Shown: positions 28,859 through 39,127, counted from the first letter of the stretch. The stretch is DNA of 51,669 nt from Candidatus Hydrothermales bacterium (GCA_039630575.1 JBCNUW010000013.1:1-51669), one strand, 5' to 3'. Translations and numbers: made by a program. Notes: generated by a model from the sequence alone, not told the origin.

Positions 28859-31429
28859 TTACCTCCTTTTATATATTTCTAAACCATAAGTATCTGAAAT
28901 TAAATAATAACTATCCATCTCATTCACATCCTGAGCATTACCTGGTGTATCTATATGGTTTAAGTAAATTAAATCTCCATCTTCCCTTAGTTTATATTCA
29001 ATTATACCATAGGCACCACAAATAGCAAAAACTCTGTCTCCCAAAACCCTTATCCTAAAAACGGGAAATCTTGGTTTTAATATCTTCTTTACCCTTGGAA
29101 AATGAGGAACAGTTAAATCAATTATTCCTATTCCCTCATCACCAAAGGAGGCATAGAGGTAATTTCCTGACGATTCAAGATCTAAAATAGGAAAATTAAA
29201 CCCCGAAAATTCTGAAATCTGAGAAAAAACACCGGCTCTCATATCATAAATTTTAATAACACCGTTCCTATCTCCTGAAACTAAAAATGTGTTATTTAAA
29301 ACATCAATTGAAAGCACATCTCCCTTTATTCTAGTAAAGAATTTTGGTTTTTTTCCTGAAAGAAGCTCAAAAACTTCTATGCCACCCTCTAAATTTGCTG
29401 TTATAAGGAATCTTTGAGACAAAAGGACATCATAGGTGGCTCCTGAGAGGGGGGCATGCTGAAAACTAATTTCAGGAGAATAAATATTTGATACATCAAG
29501 TCCAATTAAACCGGACGAGCCTGCTGCAATATAGATAACATTCTCTTCTTTCATAGGTAACGCCCTATAAAGTTCACCATAGGTTAAAAAGTAAGAAACT
29601 TCTGTAGGTGTTTCAAATCTATAAAATCTATAGGTTTCAATTAGTCTATCCTCTCCCACATAAATACCGGACTCAGAAAAATCTAAGGAGTTTATTTTTC
29701 TTTTTGTTCTAATACTGTTAGTTAATTCGGGTACATCTTTACTTACATTATAAACAAAAATTCTATCTGATTCACCGAAAATGAAAAGATAAGGGTATTT
29801 CAGTCTCAATCTATATACAGGCTCAGGTAATTCAAAATCAAATTTTAGATTCTTACCAGAGATTGAATAAACTCTAACTTTGTTTGTTCCATCAGCTATA
29901 TAAATTTCATTTTTACCAACAGCTAAATCGGTAAAAGGCGGTTTTATGGAAAATAAATATGAAAGTTTCTGTAGTGCTTCTTCAAATTTATAAATTTTTC
30001 CTCTCAAATCACATAGAAAAACTTCTTTTGCTCTTAGTGCATATAGGTAAGGTATAACATCCATGTTATGTTCAATAATTTTTCCATCATAGTCATAAAT
30101 AAAAATCCCATTTTCCTTTAGTGCAACTAACTTTTTATCAACCTGTACTAAACCAAATACGTTTAAATCTGTTTTTATATCAAAAACTTTCTCTAACTTA
30201 TTTTTTATATATTCAAAGCCTATTATACCCTTATCAGTGGCAATAAAAATTCTGTTATCAATAAAAGCGATATCATTTACTAAACCATCAATAGGTAAAA
30301 ATCCCTTTACCTCATTAATCTTTTCAGCATTTAAAAGCCAGATACTTCCTTCTCTTATCGCCGCAATAATCATATCTTTAAATCTAAAAATCTTAACAAA
30401 GGTACCGAATAAATCCATTTCATCTTCCTTCTGTGGATCCTGGGGTGAAAAAAAGGAAATAAACCTTACACCTAAAAGCGGATCAAGAACATAGAGTATT
30501 TCTTTTGTAAATATATTTGCGGAGATCAACGAACCAAAACCACCTAATGTTTTAATCTCCTCAAGTTCGGGTAATCTTAAAACAGAAATTCCTGCTCTTC
30601 CAACAAGAGCTATTAAAATATTACCAATAGCCACAAAATCGTTTATTTGACCAACAAGTTGAGCTGATGCTATGGTTGATAAATCAGGATAACTTAATAA
30701 ATATAGTCTTCCATCCTCAGTACCAACAAAAACCTGTGAGCCAAAAATCTGTAATCCAGTTATAACATAATTAGGTATAACCTCACTTAAAACTTCTATG
30801 AAAGGTTTTGAAAATTTTCCTAAGTAGAAACCACCCTCTTTTTTGCCAAATAGAATAAGAGTATCAAGAATCAAGAAACTGTTAATCTTTGAAGAGAAAA
30901 TATACTCTTCACCTACAGTTATGTTTCCACCTTTTAAAAACTTTATTTGAACTAAAACCGAATCGTATAAAAGTGCCGTTAACCCCTGAGGTGCAATTCT
31001 TATTGTACTTAAGGGACCCTTTAGTTTAATCTTTCCTTTATTTTTTAAATCGTAATTTTCTATTTCATAAATTTCAATAAAACCGTCATTTGTTCCTACG
31101 TAAACATAAGGAGGAATTGATATTATGGAAGTTGCATTTTGAACCTTTATTACATTCTTTCTCTCTCTATCTTTAATTGAATAAACTATTACTCCCTCCT
31201 GAGAATCAAGGATGTAAAGGTTATTACCTGACACAGCAAGATCCATTGAGATACCTTTTGTTGAAACATCAAATTCAGTATAGGGGTCAGAGGGATTTGA
31301 AACATTTATAACTGCTACTCCTCTTTGTGAAACAGCATAAATGTAGTTCCCAGAATGAAAAGATTTTATGTAATCTCCCCCTATAAGTGTTGAAATTGTT
31401 TGTGATAATAAAAAAATTAAAACCATCAC
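28859..31429 (-). CDS. Large LVIVD-repeat beta-propeller protein in the Tad operon
   Basis: GVAVINVSNPSDP, GLIGLDVSNIYSP, IDTPGNAQDV repeats. Confidence 0.8.
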   Translation of the reverse strand: MMVLIFLLSQTISTLIGGDYIKSFHSGNYIYAVSQRGVAVINVSNPSDPYTEFDVSTKGISMDLAVSGNNLYILDSQEGVIVYSIKDRERKNVIKVQNATSIISIPPYVYVGTNDGFIEIYEIENYDLKNKGKIKLKGPLSTIRIAPQGLTALLYDSVLVQIKFLKGGNITVGEEYIFSSKINSFLILDTLILFGKKEGGFYLGKFSKPFIEVLSEVIPNYVITGLQIFGSQVFVGTEDGRLYLLSYPDLSTIASAQLVGQINDFVAIGNILIALVGRAGISVLRLPELEEIKTLGGFGSLISANIFTKEILYVLDPLLGVRFISFFSPQDPQKEDEMDLFGTFVKIFRFKDMIIAAIREGSIWLLNAEKINEVKGFLPIDGLVNDIAFIDNRIFIATDKGIIGFEYIKNKLEKVFDIKTDLNVFGLVQVDKKLVALKENGIFIYDYDGKIIEHNMDVIPYLYALRAKEVFLCDLRGKIYKFEEALQKLSYLFSIKPPFTDLAVGKNEIYIADGTNKVRVYSISGKNLKFDFELPEPVYRLRLKYPYLFIFGESDRIFVYNVSKDVPELTNSIRTKRKINSLDFSESGIYVGEDRLIETYRFYRFETPTEVSYFLTYGELYRALPMKEENVIYIAAGSSGLIGLDVSNIYSPEISFQHAPLSGATYDVLLSQRFLITANLEGGIEVFELLSGKKPKFFTRIKGDVLSIDVLNNTFLVSGDRNGVIKIYDMRAGVFSQISEFSGFNFPILDLESSGNYLYASFGDEGIGIIDLTVPHFPRVKKILKPRFPVFRIRVLGDRVFAICGAYGIIEYKLREDGDLIYLNHIDTPGNAQDVNEMDSYYLISDTYGLEIYKRR

Positions 31430-32706
31430 TCCACCTCCTTTATCTTGTTTAAGAATAAAAGTAAAATACCTTCTTTTATCTTACTATCCCTGTAAAGGAA
31501 TCTCAAATTCTCAATCATTATTTTTATATCATCTTCGTTTTTTATCTCATTTATCTTAAACATTAACTCACTATACTTTTGCCATCTATAAAAATTTCCA
31601 GTTATTAAAATAAATAAATCATGAAAATCTGTCTCAAAGTATCTAACTTCAGATCTTCTATTTGAGAAATCATAGAATCTTGCCGGTTCAAAAACAGGCA
31701 AAAACTCATTATTTCTTTTTACATAAAGTATATGATCACCAAAAGAAGCACCGCTTATTTTCTTTTTACTTTCATCAAAAAATAAAAGAGCACCTTCAAC
31801 AATTCCTTCATTTAACATCACTTTAGAAAATTCATCATGCAAACCCTTAATTATCACAAAAGGATCTTCCTCAGTAAAAAGAAATTTGTCAAAATAGGAA
31901 TTTATAAAGGGAAACAAAACAGACCAAGTATAACCACCACTAATTACTTGAAAACTAAAAATGCCCCATTTTTCAGGTGAAACTTTAAAAACCCTATAGA
32001 AAATATTAGGAATTTCACCCTTTTCAAAAAAAGTATACAAAAGCCAATTTTCAGGTCTATATCCGCCAGATTCTGGAATATGCGAAGAAAGAAAATCTCT
32101 ATAGCTTGGTTCAAAAATTAGCTTTTTTCTCTGCTCAGGTGTAGACAAAAACAAAAGAACTGCGGAAAGAAATAAAAACAAGGCAGAAAGAGCTACCACA
32201 AAAAGAAATAGGACTCTTCTTAAGGAGTCTTTCCCTTCTTGCAAAGAGCGAGGTGTTAAAGTAACATATACGTAACCTAAAGTATCACCCAATGTACTCA
32301 AGCTTGGTTTAAAAATAAAAACTTTATTATCTTTCACAGTAAGTCCCAAACTTCTTAAGTTAAAAGGTGCTTCCTCTGGTAGAATAAATTTATTCAAAAT
32401 ATTTTCGGGATTAGTATGGGCAATTATTGTGAAATCTTTATCAATTATTGATATCTCTTCAATTTCTCTATTTTCCTTTTTAATACTATATATTATTGAA
32501 TTTAAACTAATATCATCTCCTGTTTCCCAAGGAATTTTTATACTCTCAGTTAAACTGGTGAAAATGGCATTTGAAAAGTTCTCAGCATCTGTTGTAAGCC
32601 ACCTGTTTGTTTCAGACAATATCCATCTTCCGAAAAAATATAACAAGACAACAAGTAAAAACACAGATATCAAAAGACCGGTTATAATAAAATTTCTTCT
32701 TTCCAT
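31426..32706 (-). CDS. Membrane sensor (TM - Cache-like - TM) with degenerate SpoIIE/PP2C-like domain
   Basis: Two transmembrane helices around ISIIDKDFTIIAHT; C-terminal segment follows the SpoIIE pattern without the catalytic Asp motifs. Confidence 0.6.
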   Translation of the reverse strand: MERRNFIITGLLISVFLLVVLLYFFGRWILSETNRWLTTDAENFSNAIFTSLTESIKIPWETGDDISLNSIIYSIKKENREIEEISIIDKDFTIIAHTNPENILNKFILPEEAPFNLRSLGLTVKDNKVFIFKPSLSTLGDTLGYVYVTLTPRSLQEGKDSLRRVLFLFVVALSALFLFLSAVLLFLSTPEQRKKLIFEPSYRDFLSSHIPESGGYRPENWLLYTFFEKGEIPNIFYRVFKVSPEKWGIFSFQVISGGYTWSVLFPFINSYFDKFLFTEEDPFVIIKGLHDEFSKVMLNEGIVEGALLFFDESKKKISGASFGDHILYVKRNNEFLPVFEPARFYDFSNRRSEVRYFETDFHDLFILITGNFYRWQKYSELMFKINEIKNEDDIKIMIENLRFLYRDSKIKEGILLLFLNKIKEVE

Positions 32707-33479
32707 TATCTCCTCCCCCTTAATCTTTCCTCTATGACCGCAAGATTTCTTCTTACTTTTGTATTCTGCGGATCAATTCTTAATATTTCTCTAAATACTT
32801 CTCTTGCAGCCTCTAATTTACCCTCGCTGTATAGTGTAACTCCCCTTTTATATAAATCCTGTACTTTAGCCTGTATATCCTCTGTTTCTTCCTCTTTAGC
32901 AGGTTTTTGAACCTCAACCTGTCTTTCAACTGGGCGTCTTACAATCTCCCTTCTTTCAATTATCGGTCTTTTTTCCTCTACTTTTGGAATCTTTGCAAAA
33001 TAATAGTTTATCTTCTCCTCAATTTCAGGGTAAAAGGGGTAAATATTTTTCATCTCCAAAGAAATTCTATGAGCTCTTGAATAATCCCTTATTCTCTCAG
33101 CGTCAAGAAGTTGAGAATAAAGTTTTTTTAGAGTGTCAACTGTCCATAGACATTGTTGATAAAAATTTGTTATTTTTGGCTGAAAATAAAACTTTTTAAA
33201 GAGTTCCTTTGAAATTATTAAAGCCGAGTCAAGTTCTCCTGCTATATATTTTTGTAAAGCTTTTTCAAGATCCTTATATTCAACTTTAACTGACCGTATA
33301 TCAACATATTTATTTGCACTGAACATTAATTTTTCCCTAATTTCCTTATCACCAGGTTTTTTTAGTATAAGATTGGAATACTCTATAACAGCATTTTTGT
33401 AATCTGCAAGCTTTATATAAAGGTCAGCCCTTTCTTCTGGGCTCTGAGATAAAATTATTAAAAAAATAAAATTCATCAT
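32706..33479 (-). CDS. TPR-repeat protein (TadD-like position)
   Basis: LYKRGVTLYSEGKLEAAREVFREILRIDPQN TPR. Confidence 0.8.
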   Translation of the reverse strand: MMNFIFLIILSQSPEERADLYIKLADYKNAVIEYSNLILKKPGDKEIREKLMFSANKYVDIRSVKVEYKDLEKALQKYIAGELDSALIISKELFKKFYFQPKITNFYQQCLWTVDTLKKLYSQLLDAERIRDYSRAHRISLEMKNIYPFYPEIEEKINYYFAKIPKVEEKRPIIERREIVRRPVERQVEVQKPAKEEETEDIQAKVQDLYKRGVTLYSEGKLEAAREVFREILRIDPQNTKVRRNLAVIEERLRGRR

Positions 33480-33480
33480 A

Positions 33481-34380
33481 TTACATACCTCCGTATAAAT
33501 AGTATAAAACAAAGGGACCAAAAATAATTATGAATATTGTCGGTAAAATTAATAAGATAGTCGGTATAACTATGTAAACTGGGGTCTTGGCAGCTCTCTC
33601 TTCCGCCTGATCCCATCTTTTTCTTCTCACCTCATCTGCCAATGAGGCTAAAGTTTGTGTTATAGGAGCACCAAGCTCCTCTCCGTGTGCAATTGTGATT
33701 GCTACGAGAGTTAAATCAGGATGTTGAGTTCTATCAGCAAGAGCTCTTAAAGCTTCTGTTCTTTTTTTGCCCAATCTCAATTCTGACAACATCAAAGCAA
33801 ACTCCTCCTTAAGAGGACAAGGATGCATTGCCTCTGTAACATATTGAAAGGCAGCGTTAAAGCCAAGACCAGCCTGCACTGCTGTATTTAACTGATCAAG
33901 AGCATCTCCTAAATCCTTTTGTATAAGGTAATGTCTCTTTCTTATTTCCTGATTTAAACTAAAATCTTTATAAAAAAAACCTATAAAAAAGATTACAATA
34001 GATAAAACGAAGGTAAAAGAAAAGGGTGGGTTAAAAATTATACTTACCAATACCATAGAAAAGAAGAAAAAAACAATACCACTTATTAATTTCTCCATAA
34101 GCACAGCCTCAACAGGTTTACCTCTTTCCCCTGCCATTTCCATTTTCATTTCAAGAGCTTTTAAGTAATCTTCAGGTAAATACCTTTTTAACAGTTTTAC
34201 TAATATTTCTGCCGTAGGAGCAAAAAAGGCTATGATTTTGGATGCAAATTCTATTCTAACCCTCCTTCTCCTTAATCTTTCAAGTCTGGAGGATAAAGCT
34301 ACCTCCTCCGGAGAAGGAATGAATGAGAGAACAAGAAAATAAACAGCTATAAAACTCAAAATAAAAATAAGAAGTATCAT
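33481..34380 (-). CDS. tadC: TadC (T2SS F family) platform protein
   Basis: DLGDALDQL...AGLGF, AEERAAK, LILPTIFIIIFGP. Confidence 0.93.
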   Translation of the reverse strand: MILLIFILSFIAVYFLVLSFIPSPEEVALSSRLERLRRRRVRIEFASKIIAFFAPTAEILVKLLKRYLPEDYLKALEMKMEMAGERGKPVEAVLMEKLISGIVFFFFSMVLVSIIFNPPFSFTFVLSIVIFFIGFFYKDFSLNQEIRKRHYLIQKDLGDALDQLNTAVQAGLGFNAAFQYVTEAMHPCPLKEEFALMLSELRLGKKRTEALRALADRTQHPDLTLVAITIAHGEELGAPITQTLASLADEVRRKRWDQAEERAAKTPVYIVIPTILLILPTIFIIIFGPFVLYYLYGGM

Positions 34381-35213
34381 ATTTCTATGGTAACAATTTT
34401 CTTTATCCAAAGAGCTGCTATTATATCAAGTAAAGCTGCAATAAAGAGCATTAGAATACCCAGGGGTTCTTCAAGCATAGGAGCAAACAGTTCTGGTTGC
34501 GTTATTCGAAGCAGTATTAAAAGAAATAAAGGCAACAAAGTTAAAACAGTGGCAGAGAGTCTTCCTTCTGCAGTAAGAGTATCAATTCTTCTTTTTAGTC
34601 TCCTTCTTGCCTTAATCGTATCGGCTATACCTGATAAAACATCAACAAGAGATCCACCCGTCCTTCTCTGCAGTATTACGGCACTTGTAAAAATCTTAAG
34701 CTCCCTTGAGGGTATTCTTTCCTCAAGATGATGAAGTGCTTCCTCCAAAGTAAGACCAAGAGAAACCTCATCTAGTACTCTTTTGAATTCTGTTTTCATA
34801 GGTGGGGGCATCTGCTGGACAACTATTCTAAGACAGTGATTGAAACCCAGTCCTGCCCTTAAACCACTTACCACAAGTCTCATACCTTCTTCAAGTTGGT
34901 CGTTAAATTTTTCTATCCATTTATTCCTTATGGTGTAGGCGTATTGTGGAAAGAAAATTATAACTAAAATTGAAAAAAGTAAAATTACAAAGAGTTTGGT
35001 AGCTAAGGTTTTCCCCAAAAAAAGATAAGCAACAATTGAAAAAGCAAATATAATTCTAAGCTCAAGTAATATAAAGTTTTTAACAGGAAAATCAGATGGA
35101 TCAAGTTTTTTTTGAATATTTTTTAAATATAGAACAAAAAATTCCTCTAAAAATATTACAAAAACGTATATAGCTCCAACAACTGCAAGAATAATCAAAA
35201 GTAAGTTTACCAT
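34377..35213 (-). CDS. tadB: TadB (T2SS F family) platform protein
   Basis: FNDQLEEG...LRAG, QRRTGGSL, LTAEGRLSA. Confidence 0.95.
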   Translation of the reverse strand: MVNLLLIILAVVGAIYVFVIFLEEFFVLYLKNIQKKLDPSDFPVKNFILLELRIIFAFSIVAYLFLGKTLATKLFVILLFSILVIIFFPQYAYTIRNKWIEKFNDQLEEGMRLVVSGLRAGLGFNHCLRIVVQQMPPPMKTEFKRVLDEVSLGLTLEEALHHLEERIPSRELKIFTSAVILQRRTGGSLVDVLSGIADTIKARRRLKRRIDTLTAEGRLSATVLTLLPLFLLILLRITQPELFAPMLEEPLGILMLFIAALLDIIAALWIKKIVTIEI

Positions 35214-37384
35214 TCCTTTTCCTCCCTTCCTATGTAATAGATATTCTTATCAATCTTAACTCCCTTAATTTCAAACTCCTCATGAACTTTAGGTCTTATA
35301 CCTGTCCCCATAAAAGTTCCTATTATTTCACCTTTCTCAGTTACACCCTTTTGTTTAAAAATAAATATATCTTGCATAGTAATAACTTCACCCTCTAAAC
35401 CTGTAATTTCAGAAATCTTTGTAACTCTCCTTTTACCATCTCTCATCCTCTCAACAAAAACAATAAAATCTATTGCTGATGAAATATAGTTCCTTATTGC
35501 AGAAACTGGTAACTCTGTGCCAGCCATCAAAACCATAGTTTCAAGTCTATAAAGAGTGTCTCTCGGAGAATTGGCGTGGATTGTTGTTAAAGAACCTTCG
35601 TGTCCTGTATTCATAGCCTGTAGCATATCAAGAGCCTCACCTCCCCTACACTCTCCTACTATTATCCTATCAGGTCTCATTCTAAGAGCATTCCTTACAA
35701 GATCCCTTATTGTGATCTCACCTTTACCCTCTATATTGGGTGGTCTCGCTTCAAGACGCACTACATGGGGCTGCTGTAATCTCAATTCTGCAGTATCTTC
35801 AATTGTAACTATTCTTTCATCATCAGGAATAAAAGAAGAAAGAACATTTAAAAGAGTTGTTTTACCAGATCCAGTTCCTCCTGCTACTATAATATTCTTC
35901 TTTACAAAAACACAAGATTTTAAAAATTCTACCATAAATTCAGTTATAGAACCAAAGTTAATTAGATCTTTATAAGTAAAGGGCTCCTTTCTAAATTTCC
36001 TTATTGTTATTGTTGGACTATCAATAGAAACAGGTGGAAGAGTAATATTTACTCTTGAACCATCAGGAAGTCTTGCATCACAAAGTGGTGATGCCTCATC
36101 AACCCTTCTTCCTATAGGGGCAACAATCCTTTCTATTACTATTCTAAGTTGGGTTTCATTTAAAAAACTTCTATCTGTTTGATAGATTTTTCCCCCCTTT
36201 TCTATATATATTCTGTCAAAAGAATTAACCATAATTTCAGTTATATTTGGATCAGCCAAAAGGTCCTCAAGTGGCCCAAGTCCAAGTATCTCTTTTATCA
36301 TATCTTCAACAAACTTTTTTCTAACTTCCTGCGAGGGCAAAGGAACATTAAATTCGTCAAGCTTTTCAACAATTAGCTTTTCAACTTTCTTTCTAATTTC
36401 CTCTCTGGAAGAAGAGCTTTCATATGTTGCTGTCAGTTCACCTGAAAGGGTCATTTCCTTAATTATATGAGCATGTATTAACTTCTTCACCTCTACTGGA
36501 ACCTCACCTAAAATCAATGCCTCTGGAGCTTCATAATACACCTCTTCTTTCTTTTTTTCCTCAACAATTTCTTTTTTTTCCTCTTTTTCCTCCTTTTTCT
36601 TCCTCCTAAAAATTCCACTTAAAAAATCTCTCTTAACTTCCTTCCTTTTCTCAAGAAAATCTTCTCTTTTCATATCCCCTAAGATAAAGGCAGATACCTC
36701 TTTTATTTTGTCCTTAAAGGCTGGAGTAAGTTTTTCCTTTCCTGTATCAAATCCCAATTCCCCAACTAAATTAACTGAATCATCCTCAGGTAAAACAAAT
36801 AGAACTTCTCTTTCTATAATCTTTTCTATCTCTTCAAGTGAAATTCCACTTTCATTGAAAAAATTCATTATATATTCTACTTTTTGAGGAGGATAATACC
36901 TTAACCGAAAGATTTCTCTAAAATTTTTGGATTGAGCAATTGATAAGAAATCATTTTTCATTATTATGAAAATAAGATCAACAATATCAAGTATGTTCAA
37001 AGTTTTTTCATCTAAACTATGCCCACAATCAAAGAAAACAAATTCATAATCAGTTTCGATTCTTTTAAGAAAGGGACTTATTAATTCATATTCCTTATCC
37101 CATAATTCACCAGTTTTTGAAAAAAACATATGAAACTTTGAGGGAAAAGAAGAGTAGCTGTAAATGTACTCTCCCTTAAACTTTTTTTCTTTTTTAAAAA
37201 CTTCAAGAGCTTCTCTAAAAGTTTTTTTTGAATCAAAACCGAAAATGTAAGGCAAATCGCCATGATTTTCTGCTTCTATAAGTAAAACACTTTTCTTTTT
37301 CTGGGAAATTTCATAGGAGAGAAGAGAAGAAATTGTTGTTGTTCCTACTCCTCCTTTAGTTCCAATAAAAGCAAACTTTCTCAT
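35207..37384 (-). CDS. cpaF: Fused TadZ/CpaE (MinD-like) - TadA/CpaF ATPase
   Basis: N-terminal GTKGGVGTTT...FFDCG; C-terminal GLGPLE, GGTGSGKTT, TIEDTAEL, RMRPDRIIVGE, AMNTGH. Confidence 0.95.
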   Translation of the reverse strand: MRKFAFIGTKGGVGTTTISSLLSYEISQKKKSVLLIEAENHGDLPYIFGFDSKKTFREALEVFKKEKKFKGEYIYSYSSFPSKFHMFFSKTGELWDKEYELISPFLKRIETDYEFVFFDCGHSLDEKTLNILDIVDLIFIIMKNDFLSIAQSKNFREIFRLRYYPPQKVEYIMNFFNESGISLEEIEKIIEREVLFVLPEDDSVNLVGELGFDTGKEKLTPAFKDKIKEVSAFILGDMKREDFLEKRKEVKRDFLSGIFRRKKKEEKEEKKEIVEEKKKEEVYYEAPEALILGEVPVEVKKLIHAHIIKEMTLSGELTATYESSSSREEIRKKVEKLIVEKLDEFNVPLPSQEVRKKFVEDMIKEILGLGPLEDLLADPNITEIMVNSFDRIYIEKGGKIYQTDRSFLNETQLRIVIERIVAPIGRRVDEASPLCDARLPDGSRVNITLPPVSIDSPTITIRKFRKEPFTYKDLINFGSITEFMVEFLKSCVFVKKNIIVAGGTGSGKTTLLNVLSSFIPDDERIVTIEDTAELRLQQPHVVRLEARPPNIEGKGEITIRDLVRNALRMRPDRIIVGECRGGEALDMLQAMNTGHEGSLTTIHANSPRDTLYRLETMVLMAGTELPVSAIRNYISSAIDFIVFVERMRDGKRRVTKISEITGLEGEVITMQDIFIFKQKGVTEKGEIIGTFMGTGIRPKVHEEFEIKGVKIDKNIYYIGREEKEW

Positions 37385-37395
37385 GTTTAAATATT

Positions 37396-38694
37396 TTACT
37401 GAGTTTCCTTCAAAGTCTCCAGTACATAAAAATCATTTGTATAGGGATCCCAAAATCCACTTAGACCTATTATTTCAAAAAAGGAAAAGGGAACATAAAG
37501 TATACCATCTTGAACTTTTATTTCTGGCTTTACAGGAAAAGCTACTCCATCCATTTCAAGAGTAGATTTTTCTACAGATAAAAAAGATTTTCTTTTACCA
37601 AATTTTATCTCAGCTAATTTCTCTGGCTCAACCCAACTGTAACTTATAGTTAGTTCTTTTGTAAAAACATCCGATAATTCAAAGTAAACATTCCCCTCAA
37701 AGACTCTTGTGGGAATATAAAAGTTTAATGTTTTTAATCCTTTATAAATATTGATCCGTGCTGCCCCTCTATCAAAAGGCAGAACCTCTGGTGTCACTAT
37801 AAAAATCACATCTTTTATTAGGTCATCGCGCTTTATTCTTGTAAATAAAAGTTTTCCCAAAATTGGAATTCTACCAAGTAAAGGTATAGATGATCTAAAT
37901 TCCTGTAATGTCTTTTTTCTTAAACCACCTAAAAGAAGACTCTCCCCAGGTAACAGTTTAACTTCAACCTTTGCGTTACTTTTTCTTATAGCAGGAACAA
38001 CAAAATCTTCTAAAACTACAGCATTAGCATAGTCAAGATCTGAGATTTCAGGTTCAAGATTTAAAATTATGTATCCAAAATCGTCAAGTCTTGCTGTTAT
38101 TTTTAGCTTAACTCCATATTCCTTCCATTCAACAGTAGCTGCTCCTAAAGCCTGGGGTATTATTACCGGTATTTCTCCTCCACTTAAAAATTCTGAAGTC
38201 TTATCCTCAAGCACTACAAGAGTTGGATGGGATAAAATTTTTAAAACACCCTTTTCTTCTAAGAAATTTAAAGTGCCTGTTAAATTAGTTACCCTCTTTA
38301 TAGGACCAACATCAAGAGGAAAAGTTTCGGGCAATTTACCCTCTTCAAAACCAAGTTGCTTTAACCATTCCAATCCATAATCAGATTTTTTACTTCTTTC
38401 TAATTCAAGAACCCATACATCGATACGCATAACCTTAGGCTTATAAAACTGTAAAGCTGTTCTTCTTTTAATTACACATTCAATTTCCTGGGTCCCCTTG
38501 TCAGTAAATATAATTAAGTTTGTCACTCCCTCCTTTAATGCATTAAGTAAAACTTCTCTATCTGAAAGAAGCCTCATACCAAGTATTTCAGGATTACCAA
38601 CAGCAACACTTTTTACAGGGCGAACAAATTTAAAAAGCTTTGAATAACCCTCGTATAAAACAAGGTAAGATAAAAGGAAAAATTTTAAAATCAT
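37396..38694 (-). CDS. cpaC: Secretin RcpA/CpaC with extra C-terminal copper-amine-oxidase-N-like domain
   Basis: VAVGNPEI, FLSGGEIPV, KEYGVKL, IPLLGRIPILGKL, IVTPEV. Confidence 0.92.
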   Translation of the reverse strand: MILKFFLLSYLVLYEGYSKLFKFVRPVKSVAVGNPEILGMRLLSDREVLLNALKEGVTNLIIFTDKGTQEIECVIKRRTALQFYKPKVMRIDVWVLELERSKKSDYGLEWLKQLGFEEGKLPETFPLDVGPIKRVTNLTGTLNFLEEKGVLKILSHPTLVVLEDKTSEFLSGGEIPVIIPQALGAATVEWKEYGVKLKITARLDDFGYIILNLEPEISDLDYANAVVLEDFVVPAIRKSNAKVEVKLLPGESLLLGGLRKKTLQEFRSSIPLLGRIPILGKLLFTRIKRDDLIKDVIFIVTPEVLPFDRGAARINIYKGLKTLNFYIPTRVFEGNVYFELSDVFTKELTISYSWVEPEKLAEIKFGKRKSFLSVEKSTLEMDGVAFPVKPEIKVQDGILYVPFSFFEIIGLSGFWDPYTNDFYVLETLKETQ

Positions 38695-39068
38695 TATTTT
38701 ACCCCTTCTTTTTCAAGATAAAAAGTAAAATAACTATTTTGAAATGCATTTATTTCCTTAATTAGATCCTTGTAATTTTTTGCAGAAAATTTAAATCTGT
38801 ATCTTCCTGCTGGAATAATTATATAATTTTTACCCTCTTTTAATGTATAAGGAGGAAGGGGAGTACCTAATATTACCAGCTTAACATCAGGTATAGCTTT
38901 CATAGTAGTTTGATCTAAAACTTCAACTGTTATTTCAACCCTTTGGACATAAGTCTCTGAAAAACCTTCCACATAGGGTATTTCCAACCTGTAAGGGTCA
39001 GACTCCGGGGAATAGTAAAAACAACTCCCCATTATTCCTAAGTAAAAAAAGTATTTAATCAATTTCAT
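38694..39068 (-). CDS. Lipoprotein, PEGA/carboxypeptidase-regulatory-like
   Basis: MKLIKYFFYLGIMGS-C; IPAGRYRFKFSAKNY. Start placed downstream of the promoter. Confidence 0.7.
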   Translation of the reverse strand: MKLIKYFFYLGIMGSCFYYSPESDPYRLEIPYVEGFSETYVQRVEITVEVLDQTTMKAIPDVKLVILGTPLPPYTLKEGKNYIIIPAGRYRFKFSAKNYKDLIKEINAFQNSYFTFYLEKEGVK

Positions 39069-39098
39069 ATCACTATAACCTTTTTTAATTTTTTTTAA

Positions 39099-39127
39099 AT
39101 TATAAAGAAAATTAAAAAGAAAGTCAA
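39099..39127 (-). promoter_or_regulatory. sigma70 promoter of the Tad machinery operon
   Basis: TTGACT-17 nt-TATAAT. Confidence 0.8.
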
